Below the pieces are notes generated by a model. The model saw only the letters and a program-made list of their open reading frames with translations, did not search any database and was not told where the DNA came from. A DNA stretch of 64,000 nucleotides. Source: a virus (Duplodnaviria; Caudoviricetes). Below, piece by piece: positions 8,241 through 17,526 of the stretch; within the stretch, counting starts at the first letter, position 1; the number at the start of each line of letters is the position of its first letter. Location: positions 24,452 to 88,451 of the IMG/VR virus record IMGVR_UViG_3300014206_000010; one strand, 5' to 3'. Both the position numbers and the translations under genes were made by a program.

Positions 8241-9938
8241 TTAGCTTTGAGTTGTAACAGGTGTCACAGAAACCTGAAATATAATATGTTGTTGTGTTCC
8301 AGCAGTTAATACAGATTGTAACATATTTACACTTATATAATTCATATATTTAAGAGAAATATAAATTGTTGATTCTTGAGTCTTATAATTATATATATCG
8401 ACTGTAATAACACATTTAAAATATCTATTCCCTGCATTATAAAGACTTGTATAAGTAGCTTTAGGAATTGAAAATATCATCTGAAGTGTCGCAGCTCCTT
8501 CAGTATAATGAACCAATCCTCCTGCATTACTATAAAGATTCGTATCATTAGAAATTACAGGGACTACAGGAATAAAAGATAATATCTTTGGAAAGTCTGA
8601 ATTATAAAAAAGTCTTATTCTATATGGACTATAAGGATATGCATCATCATTGGTAAAATATTCTACATCATCTCCTTGTACAATAACTCCTCCCAATCCT
8701 CCTCCTGTGAAATCAAATGAAGTTGTTAAATCAATTCTAAACAAATCAGTAGGTAATACTCCTTTTTTATCTATTTTCGAAAAATTAATTATTCCATCAT
8801 TTAATTGTTCTCCTGATATATTATTAACCCAATAAACTAATTTAGCTAATGCTGTTTTAACACTATCTGTTGATGTTACCACTGGATATTCTGTCATAGA
8901 AGGAGGAAAAGTTTCTGAAGAAACTGCTATATTGTCTGAATTTTCATGTAAATCAGCATATTTCTTTAATTTAGATATTGCACTTTCAACAGTATCATTA
9001 TTATTGACAGGTGTCTTAGTAGCACTTGTTGAAAAATTACTACTTATATTAATTCCAGTTGCCCATTTAAATTGATTAATCCATCTTTGAATTTTTGAAA
9101 TTATAGTAAATAAAGAATCTCCTTTTGAAGTATCTACAGTAGCTCCTCCTGTTACTAAATCATTTGGTAAAATTTTATTATAAATAGTAGTAGGAGTAGT
9201 AGCATCTGATATAGCTGTATTAGCATTTGATATAATAGTTTGATTTTCTTTTCCTACATTATTTATGGAAGTTGATAACGCTTTTTGATCTTTATCGTAT
9301 GTGTCTTTAGCAACAACACCTCCTGATTTATCAAGGACATTTTTTATAGCATCACTAAAATTAAAGAAAAATCCTCCATTCCAAGTAATTGAATTTCCAG
9401 TTACTTTTGAAAGAAAAGAAGAAAGTTTATATTTAACAAGACTCCAAATATTATTTCTTTTTACTTTTCCTAAAATATAATCATCAGCAGTATAATCAGG
9501 ACTTTGTTCATTAAATTGAAATACAAGTTTTTTATTAACTGCATCAAAAACACCTGATACATCATCAATTAAAAGATTTGATGAAGTTACATGATATTGT
9601 ATATTACTTCCAAGGTCATCAATTAAAAGATTACCTAAAGAATCAGTGTATTGCACTTTAGTTGATGTAATAGCTAAAGCAAAAGCATTTGCTTTATCTG
9701 AAATCTTAAACCAAGCTCCTACTGATAAACCTACGCTTGTTGCTATATTAACAAGTTCTGAATAAGTTGTGGTTGATATTGTATTTTTATCTAAAACAAC
9801 CCATTGACTTAAATTTATATCATAAACCTTATGAACCATTTGACTTGGTGTATTATCATACCAAATCAATATTGTATTATCTGGAGGAGTACTTCCTATA
9901 TAAACTCCAGAAACTTGTCCTAAATTTTTTGTTGCCAT
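8241..9938 (-). CDS. Putative virion structural protein (tail/fibre-associated)
   Basis: Ser/Thr/Gly-rich; repeated DTVESAISKL/DSVKTALAKL-type segments seen in fibre-like proteins; adjacent to the portal. Confidence 0.5.
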   Translation of the reverse strand: MATKNLGQVSGVYIGSTPPDNTILIWYDNTPSQMVHKVYDINLSQWVVLDKNTISTTTYSELVNIATSVGLSVGAWFKISDKANAFALAITSTKVQYTDSLGNLLIDDLGSNIQYHVTSSNLLIDDVSGVFDAVNKKLVFQFNEQSPDYTADDYILGKVKRNNIWSLVKYKLSSFLSKVTGNSITWNGGFFFNFSDAIKNVLDKSGGVVAKDTYDKDQKALSTSINNVGKENQTIISNANTAISDATTPTTIYNKILPNDLVTGGATVDTSKGDSLFTIISKIQRWINQFKWATGINISSNFSTSATKTPVNNNDTVESAISKLKKYADLHENSDNIAVSSETFPPSMTEYPVVTSTDSVKTALAKLVYWVNNISGEQLNDGIINFSKIDKKGVLPTDLFRIDLTTSFDFTGGGLGGVIVQGDDVEYFTNDDAYPYSPYRIRLFYNSDFPKILSFIPVVPVISNDTNLYSNAGGLVHYTEGAATLQMIFSIPKATYTSLYNAGNRYFKCVITVDIYNYKTQESTIYISLKYMNYISVNMLQSVLTAGTQQHIIFQVSVTPVTTQS

Positions 9939-9939
9939 A

Positions 9940-11712
9940 TTATATTCCTTCTTGCTTTAAAAAATTATCAAATGCTTTTACAATTAAATTTTCTGTTTTT
10001 TCTCCTTTAGTAGTTTCTTCTCCTTTAGTAGTTTCTTCTTCTTCATTTTCTTCTGAATATAAATCAAAAGGATTAGATTGTTTTTTGTCATCCTTCTTAG
10101 TTGTTTTTAAATTACCGTTTTCAACTGAATTTTGTTGAGGCATTAAATTATTATTTTCAATTGAATTTTGTTGAGGCATTAAATTATTATTTTCAATTGA
10201 ATTTTGTTGAGGCATTGATTGAATATTTCTACTTTGAACAAAAGTAGCATTATTAGGAGAATCTCCTCCTTCTAATGGTTTCATTTCATATTTCTCTCTT
10301 GCTTCATTAACAGTCATAAAACTATTAACTTTATCAATATCCATCTTTAATTCTTCATCAATAGTCAAACCGTTTAATCCCATGAACGAAAGTTCAAAAT
10401 CAGGATTTATTTGTTCAACGATATATTTATTTATTTTTCTTTGAATAAATTTAAGAAGAGGATACAAACCTTTATCTTTTGAATGCTGCAATCTTTGTTC
10501 TTGACTTCCTTCAAACATTCCTCCACCTCCTGAAGAACGACTAATATCCCAACCTATTTCAGTTGGGTCAATTGAATAAACAGCAGAAGAAAGTTTTATC
10601 AAATATTCCATCCAGGAACTATATTCCATGTCACGATTGTTTTTCTGAAGGTCAATCCAATCTACATCCGCTTCTACAACAGGAGTTTTCCATGATTGCA
10701 TTACACCCGAAATCATCGATTGCCATTGTTGTTTAAATTGTTGCAAAGCCGCTTCGTTGTTTGTTCCTTTAATTCTTAATAACCCTTTTGGAGCCGAACC
10801 TTGACTGAAAAAACGTCTATTATATTCATCTCCCCAAAGCATTGAAGTAACTACATTAATAAGTTCTTCAAGTTCTGAACAACCATAACCATTTGACCAA
10901 ATAGAAGTAGAAGGATTGCGAATACCAAAACATAATTCCCAAGGATAGAATTCATTGACTTTCACGTTTTGATATACTTGTACAAATGAAGGATAATAAC
11001 CGTGAATCTTTGGACCAAATTCATTTCTGTCTTGCCAAACATTTGAACCCTGTCTTTGAAAAAATACATTATTGTAATCTTTGTCAAAAAAGGAATCAGC
11101 CATTCTGAAAGTAGAAGCGTCGGTTGCCATAAAAGATTCAAGATTTCCCCTTCTATTTCGAATACACTCAAAGGTCATTTGGTCATATACTAAAGAATCA
11201 TCTACTATTTTACGAATAAAAGTATCAAAGTCATCATGTTCCCATTGACTAACATTTCCCCCCTTTAATATAAAATCTGTGATAGCAAAGGCAATCTTTT
11301 TGTCTTTGTCAGTCATCTTTTGTTCAATTCCACCTTTTGGTTTTTTTCTTATCACAAAACCAGTAGAATATTTATTTTCTTGAGGCTCAGCAAAATCTGC
11401 TACTTGATTTTTTCTTGTTTTTATAATAGAATTGATGATAGGAGCTTTCGACATTCGCTTTAATGTTGTGTAAGACAAAGCAAACGGCTTATCTTTATAA
11501 CCCAGATTAGCATTAAATTCTAATGGATCAATAAAAAATGCTTTAGGATTTTGTTCAACTTTATTTTGAATGGTATTAAATACCTGATTAGCTTTAACCA
11601 TATCATCGGGTGAATCTGAACGCAAAGCTTTTTCAAGCGTTCTAAATTTCTTTGCTTTCAGTTTAACTTCAGCAAGTCCTATTGCATCTAATTGTTGAGA
11701 TAAATTACTCAT
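9940..11712 (-). CDS. Portal protein
   Basis: YGCSELE..W..EYNRRFFSQGSAPKGLL..FKQQW..KTPVV..W.DLQ..DMEY motifs typical of phage portals; TINE-like TVNEAREK. Confidence 0.9.
   Translation of the reverse strand: MSNLSQQLDAIGLAEVKLKAKKFRTLEKALRSDSPDDMVKANQVFNTIQNKVEQNPKAFFIDPLEFNANLGYKDKPFALSYTTLKRMSKAPIINSIIKTRKNQVADFAEPQENKYSTGFVIRKKPKGGIEQKMTDKDKKIAFAITDFILKGGNVSQWEHDDFDTFIRKIVDDSLVYDQMTFECIRNRRGNLESFMATDASTFRMADSFFDKDYNNVFFQRQGSNVWQDRNEFGPKIHGYYPSFVQVYQNVKVNEFYPWELCFGIRNPSTSIWSNGYGCSELEELINVVTSMLWGDEYNRRFFSQGSAPKGLLRIKGTNNEAALQQFKQQWQSMISGVMQSWKTPVVEADVDWIDLQKNNRDMEYSSWMEYLIKLSSAVYSIDPTEIGWDISRSSGGGGMFEGSQEQRLQHSKDKGLYPLLKFIQRKINKYIVEQINPDFELSFMGLNGLTIDEELKMDIDKVNSFMTVNEAREKYEMKPLEGGDSPNNATFVQSRNIQSMPQQNSIENNNLMPQQNSIENNNLMPQQNSVENGNLKTTKKDDKKQSNPFDLYSEENEEEETTKGEETTKGEKTENLIVKAFDNFLKQEGI
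10108..10215 (-). repeat. 36-bp tandem repeat x3 encoding MPQQNSIENNNL in the portal C-tail
   Basis: ttttcaattgaattttgttgaggcattaaattatta repeated directly; the third copy is degenerate. A further 18-bp x2 repeat (ETTKGE) lies near 10000-10040. Confidence 0.9.
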
Positions 11713-11751
11713 ATTATAATCGGATTTTACTTTAAAATATTCTATAACTGT

Positions 11752-11789
11752 AAAAAAATAAAAGGAGAATCAAAAAAGACTCTCCTTTT
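11752..11789 (-). terminator. Rho-independent terminator
   Basis: Minus strand GGAGAGTC-tttttt-GATTCTCC hairpin followed by a U-rich run. Confidence 0.65.
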
Positions 11790-11827
11790 ACCAAAATAAT
11801 ATTTTATTTATTATTATAATATTGTTA

Positions 11828-12160
11828 CTATTTATAACTGCTTAATTTATTTTCTAATTTTCGAGTAATGAAACTATCAAAAATAATATACTTCATACCT
11901 AACATATTATAAATTATTATTGCTTCATCAAGATATTCATAAAGAACTGAATTATCATCAAAAGATGTTATTTCCCAGCCTTCTCCATGTTCTATGTCTT
12001 CACATAATTTATCAAAAGCATCTATTAATATAGCATCATCCATTATAGATTTTGAAAAATATTTCATATCCTTAACAGATGTATCAAGTTCAGATGCTAT
12101 TAATTGTAAATTGACATCTAATGGTTCTGGAAGACTTGTTATTTTCTTCGATATTGTCAT
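11828..12160 (-). CDS. Hypothetical protein
   Basis: ORF track; ATGA overlap with the upstream gene. Confidence 0.6.
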   Translation of the reverse strand: MTISKKITSLPEPLDVNLQLIASELDTSVKDMKYFSKSIMDDAILIDAFDKLCEDIEHGEGWEITSFDDNSVLYEYLDEAIIIYNMLGMKYIIFDSFITRKLENKLSSYK

Positions 12161-13185
12161 TTTATTTTATTTACAAGAAATACCAAATTCCAATTTTGTT
12201 TCATATCACGTTCCATCTCTTGAACATCAAATCCATATTTCTTAAGATGTTTACGAAGAATTTTGAAATGTGTAAAATCAGTCTTTAAATCCATATTCAT
12301 ATCAAAGTTGTATTCAAAAATAATTTGATCAACATTACCAAAATCTGTACAACTTGTAAGAACTTCCCATTCAGAACCTTCAATATCAACCTTCATTTTA
12401 GTAGGTTTATATTTTTCCATAATTTCGTTGATATTCATACATTCAACAGGAACTCTTTTTCGATTATGTTTTACAAGAAATGAATAATAATACGGTGCTT
12501 TTCCTAAATAAAAGTCACGTACTTTATCATCATTACCAACTACTGCCTTATTGTAAGCAATTACATTTTTTGCTCCATTATCTTCTATATTAATAGATAG
12601 AAATTCAAAGTTCACTGCTTCAGGTTCAAATACAATAATTTTTTTAACTTTATCAAAGGCATCACAAGTGAAAGCTCCAATGTTACCACCTAAATCTAAA
12701 ACAACATCATTCTTAGTAAGTATCAAACCTCCTAAACCTACTGAACGACGAATGTATTCACTGCCTTTGAAAACAGAATCAACTATATGTTTTTCAGTTG
12801 GTAGGTTTGAACGCCATTTTAAAGTTTTACCATCTTTTTTAGCAACGTCCAAAGTGAAATCTGATTGAACTTCTCTGAATTCAGATAATCTTTTAATTTG
12901 AGATATAACTTTTGTTATATTACAAAAATGAATGAAATCGTTAATTGAAACATTACTTAATAAAGGTGTTTTGTCTAAATTCAAATCAAACCCTTTTATT
13001 CGTTTTCTCAATTTTTCTTTTTCTTCATCTTCTTTTACGATGTTAATAGAAACGTCAAGTATTTCTCCTTTTTTTTCTCTGATACTAAATGCAAGTAAAT
13101 TTTCAATTAGAACTTGAGTTGTAGTTTTCTTTTCTACAATTTCAAATCCCTTACTTACAAAAAACTTTTCCAATTTTTTATTCAT
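12157..13185 (-). CDS. FkbM-family SAM-dependent methyltransferase with N-terminal extension
   Basis: VVLDLGGNIGAF, VFEPEAVNF, NKAVVG, KMKVDIEGSE motifs. Confidence 0.85.
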   Translation of the reverse strand: MNKKLEKFFVSKGFEIVEKKTTTQVLIENLLAFSIREKKGEILDVSINIVKEDEEKEKLRKRIKGFDLNLDKTPLLSNVSINDFIHFCNITKVISQIKRLSEFREVQSDFTLDVAKKDGKTLKWRSNLPTEKHIVDSVFKGSEYIRRSVGLGGLILTKNDVVLDLGGNIGAFTCDAFDKVKKIIVFEPEAVNFEFLSINIEDNGAKNVIAYNKAVVGNDDKVRDFYLGKAPYYYSFLVKHNRKRVPVECMNINEIMEKYKPTKMKVDIEGSEWEVLTSCTDFGNVDQIIFEYNFDMNMDLKTDFTHFKILRKHLKKYGFDVQEMERDMKQNWNLVFLVNKIK

Positions 13186-14300
13186 TACTTCTTTTTTATA
13201 ATTGTTTTACTTTTAGGAATAAATTTTGAGCGTTGTTTTCCCGAACCGATAATTATTTTCCAATATTTTTGAAATTCACATAACCACATTTCAATTTGAT
13301 GAAGAGAAATGTTATGAAAATCATTAACATAATATTCTCCTTCTTCTTTATCCCAATATAAATATTGAAAGCGTTCACCTTTTTCTTTTCCTATTTTTCC
13401 TAACCATTTTGGTGCTTCATCTCTCAACCAATAAATAGCTTGTTTTTGTTCTTTAATAGTTTTAAGATTTGGATAAATAAGACGTATGCCAATAGAAGCT
13501 CCAGGACCAACGTTTGTAAAATCATTTTGATCAAATTTCATAAATTTTCTATTCGTATATCTCGGAATATAAGTGAAGTCTTGATAAAACTCATGAGCAA
13601 TAAAGTCTGCAACAGCAGGGAACGTTTTTAAATATTTAATGATAACTTCTGGGTTCTTAGCAGTAATTACCTTAGCAATGAGCTTATCTATATTTTTATG
13701 TAGATAAGGAATAACTACTTTTGTATAACAATAATCTCTTGATTGATTAGGAGCAGCCCTTGAATTTATTAAATAAGCTGTTGTGTAAGGATTTTGTCCT
13801 GAAATACGAACTCCTGCTATAAATCTTGAAAATTCTTCTTCATCATATTCTTCCCAATTAGGAATACCATTGCGCCATTTAGTTGCTGATATTAGTTTTC
13901 CTTTAGCTTTAACTTGTTTTAATCCTGATTTAATAGGTACTTCAAATAAATTTGGTTGAAATGTTTTTCCCTTAGAATCAAAAGTAAAAGTTTCAGGATT
14001 GTTAAAGAAACGAAAAACCATTAATTTCCAAATCAAATTCTTAAGAGAAAGACCTTCATCAAGAAGAATATTTTTTATTTCCCATTGGCTGTTACGATCA
14101 AGTTCTCTATAAACATTTGTAAATTTTGATTCTTGAAAAATTTTATTTTTTGTCCAAGGTCTTTCTTTTTTGTCAATAAATCTTCTTTTCCAAATCATTT
14201 GTCGTTCATACATTGTCTCAAAGAAAAGACGTAAATGAGGTTCGCATACCTCTAAATCTTCACTTGGAAGTTTATTACACCATGATGCCCATTCAAACAT
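13185..14300 (-). CDS. aGPT-Pplase1 / 5-hmdU DNA kinase helical-domain family protein (DNA base hypermodification)
   Basis: F..MYERQ.IW.RR....PWT...I....KFTNVYRELDR, FRFFN, FIAHEFYQDF, NVGPGA..G, EMWLCEFQKY motifs; TAATG overlap with the FkbM gene. Confidence 0.8.
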   Translation of the reverse strand: MFEWASWCNKLPSEDLEVCEPHLRLFFETMYERQMIWKRRFIDKKERPWTKNKIFQESKFTNVYRELDRNSQWEIKNILLDEGLSLKNLIWKLMVFRFFNNPETFTFDSKGKTFQPNLFEVPIKSGLKQVKAKGKLISATKWRNGIPNWEEYDEEEFSRFIAGVRISGQNPYTTAYLINSRAAPNQSRDYCYTKVVIPYLHKNIDKLIAKVITAKNPEVIIKYLKTFPAVADFIAHEFYQDFTYIPRYTNRKFMKFDQNDFTNVGPGASIGIRLIYPNLKTIKEQKQAIYWLRDEAPKWLGKIGKEKGERFQYLYWDKEEGEYYVNDFHNISLHQIEMWLCEFQKYWKIIIGSGKQRSKFIPKSKTIIKKK

Positions 14301-14302
14301 GT

Positions 14303-14635
14303 CTATAAAGTTTTTGTATTTAATCTCATCATAAATTCTCTTTTAGCTTCAATATTCCCTTTATTCATCAACATTATTAAAACTGATTTTTTAATTTTTT
14401 TAAAAGGTCTATGAGGTGCTCTTATTAACTTTGTTGTCCTGATATCAAAGTTACATCTATTCCTGATTCTTTTAGCCTTTCCTGCAAAATAAGTTGAAAC
14501 TAAAGGCAAATAAGCATTACCATGAAAACTATGAATCTCAAATAATTTATTTCCCCAAATACTATCATCACCGTCTCTTATAATGTCACCAACTTTAAAA
14601 TATTTCCAAATTTTATTATTGTTATCTTTTAACAT
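14303..14635 (-). CDS. Hypothetical protein
   Basis: ORF track; operonic spacing. Confidence 0.6.
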   Translation of the reverse strand: MLKDNNNKIWKYFKVGDIIRDGDDSIWGNKLFEIHSFHGNAYLPLVSTYFAGKAKRIRNRCNFDIRTTKLIRAPHRPFKKIKKSVLIMLMNKGNIEAKREFMMRLNTKTL

Positions 14636-14727
14636 AATTCACTTTTCTTTTTATAACTATGTAATAAAATGAAGAGGGAACCAAGTTTTACAACCTAATT
14701 CCCTCTTAGAAGAACACTGCTTCCTTG

Positions 14728-15390
14728 TTAAAATCTGAATGTTATAATTTGACGTGGAGTCAATTCATAATCTGTACCATCTTTTAATTCTTTCAAAATT
14801 TCGCAAGCCTTAATGTCAACTAATGTATTACAGATTGCTCTTACAATATCATTGTATTCTCTTCTTGCTGTAGCTTCTTCCTGAGTTGTTGGAGCGTTAA
14901 CAAACTTTTCTTCTGCATCTTTAGCAGATAAAGTATTTATAGCAACACTTTTTTCTCTCGGGATATAAGTTTCTTCCCAATCGTACGTCTTATAATCGCA
15001 ATCAATTTTAATGCCTTCTGTCCAATATTTATCTGGTTCTTTAGTAGGAGCATTTCCGCAATCTTTAATTTTATTATTTGCTTCAATTTTCTTTGTTTCT
15101 AAACAAGTTGTCAGTTCTGGCAAAATAATTGAATCTACCTGATTTTTGATTTCCTTACCAGTCTTTGATACTTTAATGTTTCCGCTGTAATTCATGGAAT
15201 CCATTATATCAGATTTTTCAATTTTTTCTTCTGAATCTTGAATTTCAAAAGGATTTTTTTCAACTTCTTTTCCCTTTGTTATTTTGTCTTCTTCATTTTC
15301 AGCAACTTCTTTTGAATTAGTAAATCCGCTATAAATACGATTTACTTGAGAAGCTCTTGCATTTCGAATTGCATTTTGAATATCATTCAT
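14728..15390 (-). CDS. Hypothetical protein, possibly internal head protein (ITKG/IEKS motifs); true start probably 15390 (MNDIQNAI)
   Basis: The track's start at 15432 overlaps a separate upstream small ORF that ends at 15395. Confidence 0.6.
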   Translation of the reverse strand: MNDIQNAIRNARASQVNRIYSGFTNSKEVAENEEDKITKGKEVEKNPFEIQDSEEKIEKSDIMDSMNYSGNIKVSKTGKEIKNQVDSIILPELTTCLETKKIEANNKIKDCGNAPTKEPDKYWTEGIKIDCDYKTYDWEETYIPREKSVAINTLSAKDAEEKFVNAPTTQEEATARREYNDIVRAICNTLVDIKACEILKELKDGTDYELTPRQIITFRF

Positions 15391-15394
15391 ATTT

Positions 15395-15571
15395 TTAATC
15401 TTTAATGTATTTATTATACAAAACATAAGCAATCCAGCCTATAACTATACCAAATGCTCCAAAAATTATGTTTGAGATTGAAATCCAAATAGGAGTATAA
15501 TGCATATAAATCAAACCTCCTATAACTACGATTAAAATAACCGCAATCAAAATAATAGTTTTCTTTTTCAT
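15395..15571 (-). CDS. 58-aa two-TM membrane protein (holin candidate), below the ORF-track cutoff
   Basis: Manual translation MKKKTIILIAVILIVVIGGLIYMHYTPIWISISNIIFGAFGIVIGWIAYVLYNKYIKD*; fills the intergenic gap exactly. Confidence 0.65.
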   Translation of the reverse strand: MKKKTIILIAVILIVVIGGLIYMHYTPIWISISNIIFGAFGIVIGWIAYVLYNKYIKD

Positions 15572-15579
15572 ATTTTTAC

Positions 15580-16554
15580 TTATTTAATTATCATTCCATA
15601 AAATTCTTCTAACGTGTATTTTTTATTATAACTGTATTTGTCTTTCTGATTATTAACATCATCAAGCATATTCTTAAGCAAACTTTTCCCATTCTTAGTC
15701 TGATAATCTGTGTTATTATAAACAGAAAGATTTAACCAAGTCATCTTTAGATTGAATATTATTTTCCCTAACAACTCATCTTCATTTATTTTAGAAAATT
15801 CACTAAAACGAGTTGATATCCATTGAGCCATTGGCACTAAATCAATATTCAAAGGTTCTTTATAAGGAGTTATTGATTTAATAAATTTTTCAAATGCTTT
15901 TGGCCCAAATCTTGGTTTAAGTTTAGGTATATTATCAGAAGTGTCTCCCATTATAACTTTATACAAAAGAACTTCAAATGGTTTGACAGGCATGACTTGA
16001 ATATCAGTATCTAAATATTCATTCCAAAATACTTCTTTTTCTGGAATGCAATACAATTTAAGATTTTTAGAATTATTATTAAATAATGATACATTCTTAT
16101 TCATTATTTGTCGAATATCTGAATCTCCAGTAATGATTACCAATTCTTCATTTAAAATGTATCCGAAATAAATTCCCCATACATATAACAAATCATCTCC
16201 TTCGGCTCCCATTACTCTACTAACAATTAATCCCTTTTTTCTTAGAAGTGACTCAAGCTCATCTAAAACAGTCAAAAAATATTTGTAAAATGAATCTCTG
16301 ACTTTTGTCAAAGCATATTTATAATCATCATATAAACTATAACGCCATGACGGTGAATCAATGACGAATGCTACTTGTTTAACATCTTTAAACCTTCTTA
16401 CAGTAAAACATAAATCAATTATGCATTTACGAAGTAGAACTTTTTGCTTTTCTGGGTCGCTTAAAACTTCATTCATATCTTGACCTTTATAATAGGTTGA
16501 AAATATAGAGAAATTACGATGAAATAAATAGTTCCCGTCAAATAATATATTCAT
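15580..16554 (-). CDS. 5'-3' exonuclease / flap endonuclease (PolI N-terminal / T4 RNase H-like)
   Basis: LFDGNYL, EGDDLL, ITGDSD, MGDTSDNIP...GPKA motifs. Confidence 0.9.
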   Translation of the reverse strand: MNILFDGNYLFHRNFSIFSTYYKGQDMNEVLSDPEKQKVLLRKCIIDLCFTVRRFKDVKQVAFVIDSPSWRYSLYDDYKYALTKVRDSFYKYFLTVLDELESLLRKKGLIVSRVMGAEGDDLLYVWGIYFGYILNEELVIITGDSDIRQIMNKNVSLFNNNSKNLKLYCIPEKEVFWNEYLDTDIQVMPVKPFEVLLYKVIMGDTSDNIPKLKPRFGPKAFEKFIKSITPYKEPLNIDLVPMAQWISTRFSEFSKINEDELLGKIIFNLKMTWLNLSVYNNTDYQTKNGKSLLKNMLDDVNNQKDKYSYNKKYTLEEFYGMIIK

Positions 16555-16632
16555 ATTTTAAATTTTTTACTATAAATAACTATGGGGAACTGCTTATAAA
16601 ACAACTCCCCATATTTTTATATTTTAATTACA

Positions 16633-17412
16633 TTATTTTAACAATTTCACTTTTTTGACTTGAGCTTTAACTCCTGAACTTACTTGTTTATGTAGTTCTG
16701 TATTTTTACCATCTTTGAATCCAAAGGCTCTGGCTGAATCAAATTTTTCCCTTCTTGCTGAACCTCTACCAACTTTATATTTGTTTTCAACGTACTCAGT
16801 AACGGCTGTATCATTACGAACTACCAAAGCAGTAACTTTTGTCCCAAAATCAACATCTTTAGCTTTTTCACGGTCACTCTCTTCTTTCAACTTATTATCC
16901 AGCCCAGCTGCACATCCTGTTAAATAACTTCTTTGATACTTATCCATGCTGATAGGCTTCATAGCATATTCAGCCGTCTTTTTATATTCTTTGAAACGAT
17001 TTTTAGAAAATGATACAAAACGTTCAGCAAGCATAGAACGCAACCATTTAACCGTTTCAAGATTTTCTTTCTTACCGAAAATCATCAATCTTTTGTAAGT
17101 TCTTCCTACTTGGAAACATTTACAAAAATTCCATTTACAAAGAACATATAACAAACGGAATTCCCATTCACCTCCGATGTTTTTATAAGTAAATCCATCA
17201 GTCTTTTCTTCAAGAATAGTATCTTTAGACTTTTCTTCATCAGTTCCAATTTCATCCATGGATAAATTATACTGAATTAAAATTCTCTGAATAGCAGCTG
17301 CTGCTGCATTTGCTTCCCCTTCAGAATTAATTTTCTTTGCACCTTCATAAAGGTTTTGCAACTTTCTTAGCTTTTTTAATACGCTGTCTAAATTTTGATT
17401 TTTCGTTTCCAT
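16633..17412 (-). CDS. DUF2786-like domain protein
   Basis: KKLRKL..L...EGEANAAAAAIQRILIQYNL N-terminal motif. Confidence 0.65.
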   Translation of the reverse strand: METKNQNLDSVLKKLRKLQNLYEGAKKINSEGEANAAAAAIQRILIQYNLSMDEIGTDEEKSKDTILEEKTDGFTYKNIGGEWEFRLLYVLCKWNFCKCFQVGRTYKRLMIFGKKENLETVKWLRSMLAERFVSFSKNRFKEYKKTAEYAMKPISMDKYQRSYLTGCAAGLDNKLKEESDREKAKDVDFGTKVTALVVRNDTAVTEYVENKYKVGRGSARREKFDSARAFGFKDGKNTELHKQVSSGVKAQVKKVKLLK

Positions 17413-17451
17413 ATTACAATTTTATTTACAATGTTATTTACGATTACAATA

Positions 17452-17482
17452 CAAAGATAATACTTTTTTTACAAACGGCAAA
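17452..17482 (-). promoter_or_regulatory. Bacteroidota-type sigma70 promoter (TTTG-N19-TATCTTTG)
   Basis: Minus strand TTTGCCGTTTGTAAAAAAAGTATTATCTTTG, about 40 nt upstream of the ATG at 17412. Confidence 0.8.
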
Positions 17483-17526
17483 ACTTTTTACCAATTATTT
17501 TTGGGTTTTTTAAAAAAATTTAACTT

